Assembly (NCBI GenBank): GCA_944377145.1
Contig: CALWEH010000007.1
Location: forward strand, 91,099-155,098
Length of the DNA stretch: 64,000 bases
From: an uncultured Clostridia bacterium
Lineage (GTDB): Bacteria > Bacillota > Clostridia > Christensenellales > UBA1242
Reading direction: 5' to 3'
Shown here in pieces: positions 45,209 to 55,614 of this stretch (positions are counted from its first letter, which is position 1; each line of letters opens with the position of its first letter). A model generated the notes under the pieces. The model had not been told where the DNA came from. It ran no database searches and worked only from the letters and a program-made list of their open reading frames with translations. The position numbers and the translations under genes were made by a program.

Positions 45209-45889
45209 ATGCAAAATAATGATTTAAAACAATTTAATAATGCCTGTAATGATTTTTTATCAGGAAAATACATATTAGCAAATATTAAATTGAAAGCTAT
45301 ATTACAATCAATTAATGAAAATGAAAAATTAACAGATATTGTATCTGATTGCATTGATAGCTTTAATTTTGATGATAAATTTAGAGAAAGTATTATATCA
45401 GGAAGAATTATCTTGCCTGCAACAGATAAAGATATTATAGCATATTGTTTTAATATTTTATATAATTTAGATATTGGAACAGTTGGATTGATGGATTTTA
45501 TTAATAAATATTTTACAAGTGATGAGTTGAGTGGAGGAGAAGAATTTAAATTATTTACAAATACAATAATTAAACCTTTCAATGAAGCTATAAACAGATT
45601 ATATACTCAAACATATTTACTTAGTGATAGCATAGATTATCAATCTAACATTTATCACAAATTAATGAATATTTCAAAGGTAAATATAGATAATATTGAA
45701 AAATTTAAATTAAAAGAGATTGAAAGCGAAGAGCTAACTTTATTGCTTACAGCATTAAGTGATGCTTGTGAAAAAAGTAACAAAAAATTGGTGTATGCCC
45801 TTATGGTTGGGGTAGAATATTTTGTTAAAATAAATAAGAGGGCAAAAGAGGTCTATTTACAATTAAAAGATTGTTTTGCTAGAAATTAA
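45209..45889 (+). CDS. Hypothetical protein (226 aa, predicted helical)
   Basis: ORF with RBS GGAAAGGGGAATGGTATG. No recognisable motif. Confidence 0.5.
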   Translation: MQNNDLKQFNNACNDFLSGKYILANIKLKAILQSINENEKLTDIVSDCIDSFNFDDKFRESIISGRIILPATDKDIIAYCFNILYNLDIGTVGLMDFINKYFTSDELSGGEEFKLFTNTIIKPFNEAINRLYTQTYLLSDSIDYQSNIYHKLMNISKVNIDNIEKFKLKEIESEELTLLLTALSDACEKSNKKLVYALMVGVEYFVKINKRAKEVYLQLKDCFARN

Positions 45890-45936
45890 AATCAATATAT
45901 GTGGTAATCTTTAATATTAATACCATATATATTGTG

Positions 45937-46890
45937 TTATAGGGTTATAAATACAATTAGAGTTGTAACAAGTGTGGTGAAAATAGCTTGAGTTATTTTT
46001 TGTTTCAACATTGTACTTTTTTTTATGCCAATTTTATTTAAAAATGCAGTACTTTGCAACATAATGCATATTCCTGAAAAAGCTATTATTGCTGAAGAAA
46101 TTATAACTTTAATATTTAAATTTATATTTGTGGAGCCTAGTAAAATTAAACCATTTGTAATTTCAATTATACCACACAATATAGCATAAACAGCATCATA
46201 ATTAAAACAAGGTATAATACAAATAGTTTCAGCTATAAAAGGTAAAATGTTAGATAATTTTAATAATTCAATTATAACTGATGCAAATATAATATATCCT
46301 CCTACTAAAAGAATAGATATAATGCTATCATAAACAGTGTCATTTAAACTATTAGTGTTGGGCGGACTAGATGTTTGAATATCAATATTTAGATTTTTAC
46401 CTCTATATAATAATCCATTTAAAAAACTTCCTATTATATGACCTATTAATAAGATATATCCTATTTTAGTACTATTAAAAACAGCTATTCCAACAGTTCC
46501 TATTATAAACATTGGTCCAGAAGTAGAACAAAAACTAAACATTTTAATAGCTGTAGACTTATTAATACTTCCAGCATCATAATAATTACTAATCATTTTA
46601 GCTCCTACAGGATAACCTGATAGTAAACTTAAAGCATATATAAGTCCTGAATTTTTAGTATGAAAAAATTTGTAAGTAAATCTATCAAGTGCAGGAATAG
46701 AGTTTTGATTAAGAGAAGTTATTATTCTAGTAAATATAAAAAAGGGGAATAGTGCAGGCACAACATTTACAAGCCAAATATGTAACCCATTGCTAGTAGC
46801 TTGCATACATATAGAAGGTTTAATTATAAATAATATAATTGCACATAATATTAATAAGGTTAATAATATTTTTGATTTTAACTTTGTCAT
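45937..46890 (-). CDS. YlbJ-like nucleoside-recognition (Gate) domain membrane protein (sporulation integral membrane protein family)
   Basis: GLHIWLVNVVPALFPFFIF motif and a multi-TM architecture. Confidence 0.6.
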   Translation of the reverse strand: MTKLKSKILLTLLILCAIILFIIKPSICMQATSNGLHIWLVNVVPALFPFFIFTRIITSLNQNSIPALDRFTYKFFHTKNSGLIYALSLLSGYPVGAKMISNYYDAGSINKSTAIKMFSFCSTSGPMFIIGTVGIAVFNSTKIGYILLIGHIIGSFLNGLLYRGKNLNIDIQTSSPPNTNSLNDTVYDSIISILLVGGYIIFASVIIELLKLSNILPFIAETICIIPCFNYDAVYAILCGIIEITNGLILLGSTNINLNIKVIISSAIIAFSGICIMLQSTAFLNKIGIKKSTMLKQKITQAIFTTLVTTLIVFITL

Positions 46891-46993
46891 ATATTAAATT
46901 ATAAAAATTTATTGTTTTTTATGCTAAATATTAAAGATATTATTTTGAAAATAATAATATATGTGTTAAAATAAATAAATGTTAGGAGATAAA

Positions 46994-47788
46994 ATGAAAA
47001 AGCTTACTTTAGTTTTGGGTGGCGGAGCTGCCAAAGGATATGCTCATATTGGTGTTATTAAAATTTTAGAAGAAAATGGTATAAAACCAGATTTAATAAT
47101 TGGAACAAGCATGGGTGCTGTAGTGGGGTGTGCTTATGCTAGCGGTAAAAATGCAGATGATTTAATTAAATTAAGCAAAACTCTAAATAGCAAACAATTT
47201 ATTGATTTTAATATTTTTCATGCTATTTTTCATAATAGCATTTTACAAGGAAAACGCTTGAAAAAAGTTTTAATAAAAGAAATTGGTGATATATCTCATA
47301 ATGAGTTAAAAATACCTTTTATAGCTATAGCCACTAATTTATTAGAAGGAGAAATTGAAATTTTAAGCGAAGGAAGGGTTGTTGATAATGTATTGGCAAG
47401 TTCAGCTATTCCAGGAGTATATCCCGCTATTAAACAAGATGATAAAATTTTATGTGATGGAGGAATTTTAGATAACGTTCCAGATGACATAGCTAAAAAA
47501 TGGTGTAAAAATAATGTAATATTATCAGTAGATGTTATAGGTGATTTTAACAGACAAATTGAAACTTCTAAATTTAAAATAATGAGTTTAACTATAAATG
47601 CGTTAACACTTATGCAAACTAAAATTACTAAATATAAAGGAAATAACAGTGATTTAAGAATAAAAATTACTCAGCCAGATGTTCCTCAAATGAATTTTAC
47701 AAAAGAAAATGCTGAAAAATCAATTGATTATGGTAAAAAAGCTATGAAGAGAAATTTAGCAAAATTAAAAAAAATGTTGGAAGATTGA
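46994..47788 (+). CDS. Patatin-like phospholipase
   Basis: GGGAAKG oxyanion motif, GTSMG nucleophile elbow, and DGG catalytic Asp motif. Confidence 0.88.
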   Translation: MKKLTLVLGGGAAKGYAHIGVIKILEENGIKPDLIIGTSMGAVVGCAYASGKNADDLIKLSKTLNSKQFIDFNIFHAIFHNSILQGKRLKKVLIKEIGDISHNELKIPFIAIATNLLEGEIEILSEGRVVDNVLASSAIPGVYPAIKQDDKILCDGGILDNVPDDIAKKWCKNNVILSVDVIGDFNRQIETSKFKIMSLTINALTLMQTKITKYKGNNSDLRIKITQPDVPQMNFTKENAEKSIDYGKKAMKRNLAKLKKMLED

Positions 47789-47841
47789 ATTTTATGTTTG
47801 TTTTGCTTTACAAAATTTTTAAGAAGGATTAATATAGGTAT

Positions 47842-48819
47842 ATGAACATTATTGAAAGATTGTATGATCGTGCAAGAGAAAGATCAGGTAAAATTTTATT
47901 TCCAGAAGCACTAATGGATGAGCGAGTGATGGAAGCTTGCAAACAGTTAATTGAAAAAAATATTTGCGAAATAGTTGTTTTAGGAGGCAGAGAACAATTC
48001 CCTGTTGAATTTAAATCAAATCCATTGGTAACAATTATTAATCCCAAAATATATCCTCGAAAGAAAGAAATGGTTAAACTATTTATGCTAAAGCGTAAAA
48101 AGAAAAAGATTGACCATGATACAGCACTAAATATGTTAGAAGATCCTAGATATTTTGCTACTATGCTGGTAGAGATGAGAGAGGCTGATGCCATGGTAAT
48201 AGGAGCATATTATACTTCTGCAGATGCTTTAAGGCCAGCTTTACAAATTATAAAAGGGAAAGATAATGAAAGAGTTACAGGAGCTATGCTAATGTATAGA
48301 CAAGATTTTAACTTCCCTCAGCTATTTTTAGACATATCTTTAAATGAAAATCCTAATGCTGAAGAATTGGCACAAATAGGTATAGCTGGAGCTAAATTTT
48401 ATGAAAACACTTTTCATAAAACGGCTAAAGTTGCATTTTTATCTTATTCAACATTTGGAAGTGCAGATGGTGAAATGGTTATGAAAGTAAGAAATGCTAC
48501 AAATATAGCTAAAGAAAGAAGCAACTTTACTATAGAAGGAGAATTGCAGTATGATGCGGCTACTATTCCAGAAGTGGCTAAAACTAAATGTCCATCATCT
48601 TATATTAAAGGCAAAGCAAATGTTTTAGTATTTCCAGATTTAAATAGTGGAAATATAGGTTATAAAATTGCTCAGCGTTTAGGAGGTTGCCAAGCTATTG
48701 GACCTATTATGCTTAATTTTAAATATCCTGTTAATGATTTATCAAGAGGCTGTTCAGTTCAAGATATTTTTGATACTGCTGTCATAACAAAATTACAAAT
48801 TGAAGGAGAAAATGTATGA
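47842..48819 (+). CDS. pta: Phosphate acetyltransferase
   Basis: PTA_PTB family pattern (ILFPEA.DERV, FPDLNSGNIGYKI). Overlaps the ackA start. Confidence 0.9.
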   Translation: MNIIERLYDRARERSGKILFPEALMDERVMEACKQLIEKNICEIVVLGGREQFPVEFKSNPLVTIINPKIYPRKKEMVKLFMLKRKKKKIDHDTALNMLEDPRYFATMLVEMREADAMVIGAYYTSADALRPALQIIKGKDNERVTGAMLMYRQDFNFPQLFLDISLNENPNAEELAQIGIAGAKFYENTFHKTAKVAFLSYSTFGSADGEMVMKVRNATNIAKERSNFTIEGELQYDAATIPEVAKTKCPSSYIKGKANVLVFPDLNSGNIGYKIAQRLGGCQAIGPIMLNFKYPVNDLSRGCSVQDIFDTAVITKLQIEGENV

Positions 48820-50009
48820 AAATTTTAGTTATTAATGCGGGAAGTTCTTCCCTAAAAGCACAACTTATTGATAGTCAGTCGTCAAAAGTTTATGCTAAAT
48901 GTACTTGTGAGAGAATTGGACTTGAAGGTTCATTTATTAAATTTGAAACTGATAAAGGGTCAATTAAAAAAGAATATCCTATGTCACAACATACTGATGC
49001 AATTAAAGGTTTAATTGAATTTTTATTAAGTGAAGAATATGGCTGTATTTCAAATATGAGTGAGATAGATGCTATTGGTCATAGAATGGTTCACGGTGGA
49101 GAAAAATTTACGAAATCTGTAGTTGTAGATGAACATTTAATGAAAGTATTGGAAGATATGATTCCTTTAGCACCTCTTCACAATCCAGCAAATATTGTAG
49201 GAATTAGAGCATGTATGGAAGCTATTCCTAACAAGAAAAATGTAGTAGTTTTTGATACAGCTTTTCATGCTACAATGCCTAAAAAGGCTTATATGTATGC
49301 AATACCTTACGATATGTATACAAATCACCAAATTCGCCGTTATGGATTCCATGGAAGCTCTCATAGATATGTAACTGAAAAATTAGGAGAAATTTTAGGT
49401 GGATTGCAAGGTAAGAAAGTAATTTCATGTCATTTAGGAAATGGTAGTAGTATTACAGCTGTAAAAGATGGTAAAAGTATAGATACTTCTATGGGCTACA
49501 CTCCTCTTGCAGGTGTAGTAATGGGAACAAGGTCTGGAGATATAGATCCAGCAATTATTCAGCAGATTATGAAAATTAAAGGTTTAGATATAGATGGAGC
49601 TATCCAATATTTAAATAAACAAAGCGGATTATTGGGCATAAATGGTGAGAGTAGCGATATGCGTGATATTGATGCTAAATGCGATACAGATCCTAGATTT
49701 AAATTAAGTTTTGACATGTTGTGTTATAGCATTAAAAAATATATAGGAGCTTATACAGCTGTAATGGGCGGTGTAGATGCCATAATATTTACAGGCGGTA
49801 TAGGAGAAAATGATGAAAAAGTTCGAGCTGAAGTAATGAAGAATATGGAATATCTTGGGTTAGATTTTGATTTTGAGAAAAATGAAAGTATACCTCGTGG
49901 TACTATTGAATGTATATCAAAACCATCTTCTAAGGTAAAAGTATATAGAATTCCTACTGATGAAGAATTTATTATAGCTAGAGATACAGAAACTTTGGTA
50001 AAAGAATAA
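48816..50009 (+). CDS. ackA: Acetate kinase
   Basis: MKILVINAGSSSLK, HRMVHGG, RRYGFHGSSH, FTGGIGEN. Confidence 0.97.
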   Translation: MKILVINAGSSSLKAQLIDSQSSKVYAKCTCERIGLEGSFIKFETDKGSIKKEYPMSQHTDAIKGLIEFLLSEEYGCISNMSEIDAIGHRMVHGGEKFTKSVVVDEHLMKVLEDMIPLAPLHNPANIVGIRACMEAIPNKKNVVVFDTAFHATMPKKAYMYAIPYDMYTNHQIRRYGFHGSSHRYVTEKLGEILGGLQGKKVISCHLGNGSSITAVKDGKSIDTSMGYTPLAGVVMGTRSGDIDPAIIQQIMKIKGLDIDGAIQYLNKQSGLLGINGESSDMRDIDAKCDTDPRFKLSFDMLCYSIKKYIGAYTAVMGGVDAIIFTGGIGENDEKVRAEVMKNMEYLGLDFDFEKNESIPRGTIECISKPSSKVKVYRIPTDEEFIIARDTETLVKE

Positions 50010-50209
50010 TTTTATAAATATAAATTTTAAAATAAAAACTGCATAAATTTTTATGTGGTTTTTTCTTTAATATAACATTAAAATTTGGAGGTTTATAAAG
50101 ATTGGAATTAATTTTTTAAAAATAGTTGACAAATTTCAATTTTTAAGGTAATATATATCCGTATTTTAGAATCTGTTTTAAAATAACAGAAATATGTTAG
50201 GAGGAGAAA

Positions 50210-50404
50210 ATGGCTGTTCCAAAAAGAAAAGTTTCAAAGTCTAGACGTGATAAAAGAAAAGCAAATTGGAAAATATCAACTCCATCAATAGTTGATTGCC
50301 CTCATTGCCATGAAAAGAAAATTGCTCACCAAGTATGTAAAAATTGCGGATACTATGATGGTCAAGAAAGAATTGTGATAGACAAAGAGAAGAAAAGTAA
50401 GTAA
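50210..50404 (+). CDS. rpmF: 50S ribosomal protein L32
   Basis: MAVPKRKVSKSRRDKR and CxxC..CxxC zinc-ribbon motifs. Confidence 0.93.
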   Translation: MAVPKRKVSKSRRDKRKANWKISTPSIVDCPHCHEKKIAHQVCKNCGYYDGQERIVIDKEKKSK

Positions 50405-50498
50405 AAAATTGAGGATTAACCTCAGTTTTTTTATAATTTAAATGTATTTAATTTACATTTTTATAGTTTTATTATATAATTTTTAACAGAGGTATATT

Positions 50499-51503
50499 AT
50501 GAAAATAGTGGTAGATGCATTTGGTGGAGATTATGCACCAAAAGAAATAGTATTGGGGTGTATACAAGCTTTACAAAAAAATCCAGAGCTTCAAATAGTG
50601 CTAGCAGGAGATAAAGATCAATTAGAAAAAGAGTTCTTGCATGACATGTATGTAAGTGAACAAATTGAAATAATACATGCTCCAGATATAATTACAAATA
50701 ACGATTCCCCAGCTTTGGCTATTAGGCAAAAACCTAGCTCTTCTATAGTTGTAGCTTACGATTATTTACGCACAAATGAAGATGCAATAGGTCTAATTTC
50801 TGCAGGAAGTACAGGAGCTACTCTTACAGGAGCTATTTTAAAACTAGGCAGAATAAAGAATGTGTCACGTCCAGCATTGGCACCAATATTGCCAACTCTT
50901 ACAGGAGGGCAAGTATTATTAGTAGATTGTGGAGCTAATATGGACTGCAAACCTATAAATTTATTACACTTTGCTCTTATGGGAGATGCTTATATGAAAG
51001 CTCAAGGGATTGAAAATCCTAAAATAGCTCTTTTAAATGTAGGCACAGAGGACGAAAAGGGTGATGAATTAAGCAAGGAAACTTTTGAATTATTAAAAAA
51101 TAATACAAAAATTAATTTTATTGGAAATATTGAAGCTAGAGATGTATTAAAAGGGAATGTAGAAGTAGTAGTTTGTGATGGTTTTGCTGGAAATGTATGC
51201 TTAAAATCTATAGAAGGAACAGTAGAATTATTGCTTGGAACAATAAAAAAAGAAGTTAAAGCTAGTTTTTGGGCAAGCTTAGGATATGTTTGCTGTATGA
51301 AAGGTGCTTTTAAAAAGGTGAAAAATAAGCTAGATTACAAAAAATTTGGAGGTGCCCCATTATTGGGAACTGCTAAAATTGTTGTGAAATGTCATGGAAA
51401 TAGTAAGGCTAATTCTATTGCAAATGCTATTGAACAGATAATTAATTTGCATCGAAATGGAATGATTGAAAATATTTCCCAGGCGGTTGGAGATGAAAAG
51501 TAA
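50499..51503 (+). CDS. plsX: Phosphate acyltransferase PlsX
   Basis: MKIVVDAFGGDYAP, VCDGFAGNV, PLLG. Confidence 0.95.
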   Translation: MKIVVDAFGGDYAPKEIVLGCIQALQKNPELQIVLAGDKDQLEKEFLHDMYVSEQIEIIHAPDIITNNDSPALAIRQKPSSSIVVAYDYLRTNEDAIGLISAGSTGATLTGAILKLGRIKNVSRPALAPILPTLTGGQVLLVDCGANMDCKPINLLHFALMGDAYMKAQGIENPKIALLNVGTEDEKGDELSKETFELLKNNTKINFIGNIEARDVLKGNVEVVVCDGFAGNVCLKSIEGTVELLLGTIKKEVKASFWASLGYVCCMKGAFKKVKNKLDYKKFGGAPLLGTAKIVVKCHGNSKANSIANAIEQIINLHRNGMIENISQAVGDEK

Positions 51504-52155
51504 TTTTTTAGAGATATTTAATTCTTGTGATGAGAATTTAAAAACCACAGCTTTTACTCATTCGAGTTATGCAAATGAACATCATGTTTTAAGTAATGAA
51601 CGCTTAGAGTATTTAGGTGATAGTGTGCTAGGTCTTGTAGTTGGAGATTATTTATATAATAATTATCCAGCGAATGAAGGAAAACTTAGCAAAATAAGAA
51701 GTAATTTTGTGTGTACTCAAAATTTAAGCCAAATAGCTAAAGATTTAAATATTAAAAATAAAATAAGAGTAGGGCATAGCTTAAAAGCTAGTGCAATTTC
51801 TGATGCTATATTGGAAGATACGATTGAAAGTATGATAGCTGTGGTATATTTAAGTAAAGGCTTTAAAATAGCATATAAAGCCGTTGTAAACTTATTAAAA
51901 TTAAAAGAAAATTTGGCTAAAGGTGTAAAATCTACAGACTATAAAAGTGTTTTAACAGAATATGCTAGTAAAAATAAATTAAAAATAGAATTTGTTTCAT
52001 CTACATATATTACAAAAGGCGGGCAAACAAACTTTAAAAGTGGAGTGAGATTAAATTCAAAATTTTACAAATATGGAACAGGAAGTACTAAGCGTGAGGC
52101 AGAACAAAATGCTTCAAGACTTACACTTAAAATGCTTCAAAAAGAGGGTAAATGA
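51493..52155 (+). CDS. rnc: Ribonuclease III
   Basis: ERLEYLGDSVL signature and a C-terminal dsRBD (GSTKREAEQNAS). The start overlaps the plsX end. Confidence 0.93.
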   Translation: MKSNFLEIFNSCDENLKTTAFTHSSYANEHHVLSNERLEYLGDSVLGLVVGDYLYNNYPANEGKLSKIRSNFVCTQNLSQIAKDLNIKNKIRVGHSLKASAISDAILEDTIESMIAVVYLSKGFKIAYKAVVNLLKLKENLAKGVKSTDYKSVLTEYASKNKLKIEFVSSTYITKGGQTNFKSGVRLNSKFYKYGTGSTKREAEQNASRLTLKMLQKEGK

Positions 52156-52658
52156 TTATACAAGATGATTATTTGGGAAAAATTCATGCTAAGTTTTTTA
52201 AAGAAACTGTATGTTTAATAAATATTGTAAAAACTGAAAGTGAGTTAGGAATTGTATGTTATAATTTTCCAAATTCAAATGTTTGGCAACCATTTTTCTA
52301 TTCATTTGCAAATCAAAAAGTTAAAATTAATGCTAAATATGAAGATTTAAATAAATATTTACCCAATATAGATAAAAATAATGTGTTGGAAGCAAAAAGT
52401 AAATTTTATACCACTTTTGATACTCCAATAGAAGTTCAAGACTCTCCTATAAAATCTTTTATTATATATGATAAAAAAAATAAGCTTATAGAAAGGAAAA
52501 CATATTATTTAATAATAGATGTTCAAGAATTAGAGCGTAGTTTTAATTCAAATATTTTGCCTTGTATAATTATAGATTTAAATAAAATAAATGAACAATA
52601 TAAAAATTTAACTGTTGATGAAAGCGTAAAACTTTTATTAAATATTAATAACAATTAA
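52152..52658 (+). CDS. Hypothetical protein (168 aa)
   Basis: ATGA overlap with the rnc stop suggests translational coupling. No recognisable motif. Confidence 0.5.
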   Translation: MIIQDDYLGKIHAKFFKETVCLINIVKTESELGIVCYNFPNSNVWQPFFYSFANQKVKINAKYEDLNKYLPNIDKNNVLEAKSKFYTTFDTPIEVQDSPIKSFIIYDKKNKLIERKTYYLIIDVQELERSFNSNILPCIIIDLNKINEQYKNLTVDESVKLLLNINNN

Positions 52659-52767
52659 AATTTTGTATAAAACATTGTACTTTTGATAAAAATTAAAATA
52701 AATTTTAAATTTACTTTACAGTAAAATAAAATTGTGCTAATATATCGATGAAAAGGAGGAATTTATT

Positions 52768-52965
52768 ATGTTATTTGAGCCACCTATTGATGAAATTGCA
52801 AAAAGAATAGGTAATGTGTACACAGCAACAATTATTATAGGAGCTAGGGCAAAAGAATTAGAGAGTAAAATTCCTGCTTTGCTTCAAGGTTCTTCAAATC
52901 TTGCTATTGAATATGCCGCTAAAGAAGTATTTTCTGGCAAAGTGATAGCTGTGAAAGCAAAATAA
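52768..52965 (+). CDS. rpoZ: RNA polymerase omega subunit
   Basis: PPIDEI...RY..T.I...RA.EL-type pattern (NVYTATIIIGARAKELE). Lies upstream of priA. Confidence 0.8.
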   Translation: MLFEPPIDEIAKRIGNVYTATIIIGARAKELESKIPALLQGSSNLAIEYAAKEVFSGKVIAVKAK

Positions 52966-55142
52966 TGATTGCAGAAGTTGTTGTAGATATATCAAACGAC
53001 TCAGTAGACAGAGTCTATGATTATTTCGCATTGCCCACAACAAAGGTAGGAATGCGTGTGCGTGTACCATTTGCTAATAGACTTGTGTTGGGATATGTAC
53101 TTAAATTAAAGGAAAGTTCGCAGTTAGATAAATCTAAATTAAAAAGTATTAAAGAAAATCTTGATGATATTCCTTTAATTAAACCAGAGTTGGTAGAATT
53201 AACCGATTTTATGTCTAGTCGGTTTTTTTTGCGTAAAGCAGATATATTTAAGTTGATTTTACCTTCTAGCATTAGAAATGATAGTGTTAGAGATAAAACT
53301 TATGAATTAATTAAATTTACAGGTAATTTAGATGAAATTTTGCCTTTATTGAAGAAAAATGCTAAATCACAAATTTTGGCATTAAATTATTTAAACGAAA
53401 AAGGGGAAGAGGTAAGGTCTAAATTAAGTGAAAAATTTGGTTCAGGAGCAGTGAAAGCTCTTATAGATAAGGGTTTAGTGCAGTTGACTGTAGTAAAACT
53501 TAATCGTACTCCTAATGTAGATATAACAGAAGATAAACGAGTAAAATTAAATAAAGGTCAGCAACATGCTGTAGACACTATTTTAAGTTCAGCAGACACT
53601 TTTTTATTAAAGGGAGTAACTGGTAGCGGAAAAACAGAAGTGTATATGAATGTTATCGAAGCTCAATTAAAATTAAATAAAACAGCCATAATGTTAGTTC
53701 CAGAAATATCTCTTACTCCTCAAATGTTAAATCGATTTACATCACGCTTTCCAAATATTGTGGCAGTGCTTCATAGTGGGCTTAGTGATGGAGAGAAATT
53801 TGATGAATGGAGGAGAATATTTAATGGTGAAGCAAAGGTGGTTTTAGGTGCAAGGTCTGCTATTTTTGCTCCTGTTAACAATGTAGGGGTGATAATTATA
53901 GATGAGGAGCATGATAATTCTTATGTAAGCGAAAGCAATCCAAGATATGTAACTGAAGATGTTGCAATTTGGAGAAGTAGATATAATTCATGCCCACTTA
54001 TTTTAGGTAGTGCTACACCAAAAATAGAATCATATCAAAAAGCTTTGAAAGGTGAATTTAAATTAATTGAATTGAATGAAAGAGTAAATAATTTGCAAAT
54101 GCCTGTAATTCAAGTAGTAGATATGCTTACTGAAGTTATGGACGGCAACACCTCACCTTATAGTAGATTGTTAATATCAAAATTAAAAGAATGTATAGAT
54201 AATGGAAAACAGGCTATTTTGTTTATTAATCGTAGAGGATATGCATCTTTTATGATGTGTCGAGAATGTGGCTATATTGCTAAATGTGAAGATTGTGCTG
54301 TTTCATTAGTGTATCATAGCGAAGAAAATGAGTTAAAATGTCATTTTTGTGGCAAGCGTTATAGAGCACTTAAAAATTGCCCTAATTGTCAATCTAAGTC
54401 TATAAAGTATGGAGCATTGGGAACTGAAAGGGTTGTAAATGATTTGAGGGAAATGTTTGAAAACATTCCAATTTTTAGAATGGATAATGATACAACACGC
54501 CAAAAAGATGGACATAAGAAAATATTAGCAGAATTTGCAGTTACTAGCCCTAGTATATTGGTTGGAACTCAAATGATAGCAAAGGGGCATGATTATCCAA
54601 ATGTTGCTTTTGTAGGTATATTAGATGCAGACGTTAGCTTATATACAAGCGATTATAGGTCTACAGAACGCACTTTTCAACTTGTTACTCAGGTGGCGGG
54701 CAGAACAGGAAGAAAAAATAATGATGGGTTTGTAGTATTGCAAACTTACGCTCCAAGACATTATGTATACAGGTTTGCAAGTCAATATGATTATATAGGA
54801 TTTTATGAGAAAGAAATTAACTTGCGAGAAACCACAGCTTTCCCTCCATTTTCTCATATTATTCGTATTTTAGTATCAAGTGAAAATGAACAAAAATGTA
54901 TTCAAGTTACTAAAAAAATTTATGACAAGGCATTGCAATTAAAGGAAAAATATGATAAATTATTTATATTCTTGCAAGCTATGCCTTCTCCTGTTAAACG
55001 CATAAAAAGGAAGTATAGATATCAAATTCTTGCTAGAATACGGTTAAACGATGAATTGTTGTCTTGCTTATATAGCATTGCAGATATTATAGAAAAAGAT
55101 GTGTCAATATTTATTGAACATAATCCAAATAACTTAAGATAG
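52965..55142 (+). CDS. priA: Primosomal replication-restart helicase PriA
   Basis: Walker A GVTGSGKTEVY, DEEH box, and a zinc-binding CxxC cluster (CRECG..CEDC..CHFCG..CPNC). Confidence 0.95.
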   Translation: MIAEVVVDISNDSVDRVYDYFALPTTKVGMRVRVPFANRLVLGYVLKLKESSQLDKSKLKSIKENLDDIPLIKPELVELTDFMSSRFFLRKADIFKLILPSSIRNDSVRDKTYELIKFTGNLDEILPLLKKNAKSQILALNYLNEKGEEVRSKLSEKFGSGAVKALIDKGLVQLTVVKLNRTPNVDITEDKRVKLNKGQQHAVDTILSSADTFLLKGVTGSGKTEVYMNVIEAQLKLNKTAIMLVPEISLTPQMLNRFTSRFPNIVAVLHSGLSDGEKFDEWRRIFNGEAKVVLGARSAIFAPVNNVGVIIIDEEHDNSYVSESNPRYVTEDVAIWRSRYNSCPLILGSATPKIESYQKALKGEFKLIELNERVNNLQMPVIQVVDMLTEVMDGNTSPYSRLLISKLKECIDNGKQAILFINRRGYASFMMCRECGYIAKCEDCAVSLVYHSEENELKCHFCGKRYRALKNCPNCQSKSIKYGALGTERVVNDLREMFENIPIFRMDNDTTRQKDGHKKILAEFAVTSPSILVGTQMIAKGHDYPNVAFVGILDADVSLYTSDYRSTERTFQLVTQVAGRTGRKNNDGFVVLQTYAPRHYVYRFASQYDYIGFYEKEINLRETTAFPPFSHIIRILVSSENEQKCIQVTKKIYDKALQLKEKYDKLFIFLQAMPSPVKRIKRKYRYQILARIRLNDELLSCLYSIADIIEKDVSIFIEHNPNNLR

Positions 55143-55152
55143 AGGTAAAATT

Positions 55153-55614
55153 ATGGCTATAAGAGAAATTGTAAAACATACTGATTCTTTTATTAGAAAA
55201 AAATCTAAAGAAGTAAAAGTAATTGATGAGAAAACTATTGAATTGTTAGACGATATGAAAGAAACTGTTTTAAATGCAAATGGCTCAGGACTTTCTGCTG
55301 TACAAGTAGGAGTGTTGAAAAGAATTTTTGTTATAAATATTAATGGTTGCTACATTGAATTTATTAATCCAGAAATTATAAAGCAATCTGGAGAACAGTA
55401 TAATATAGAAGGTTGTTTAAGTGTAGATATGCCGTATGGATATGTTAAACGCCCAATGAATGTAACAGTTAAAGCTTTAGATAGGAATGGGAATAAATTT
55501 ACTTTTAGTGCAACTGATTATACTGCTATTGCTATTTGCCATGAAAATGATCATCTTGATGGAATTTTATATATTGATAAATGTAAAAAATTTGTAACAA
55601 AGGATGATGAATAG
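55153..55614 (+). CDS. def: Peptide deformylase
   Basis: GLSAVQVG, EGCLS, HENDHLDG. Confidence 0.95.
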   Translation: MAIREIVKHTDSFIRKKSKEVKVIDEKTIELLDDMKETVLNANGSGLSAVQVGVLKRIFVININGCYIEFINPEIIKQSGEQYNIEGCLSVDMPYGYVKRPMNVTVKALDRNGNKFTFSATDYTAIAICHENDHLDGILYIDKCKKFVTKDDE

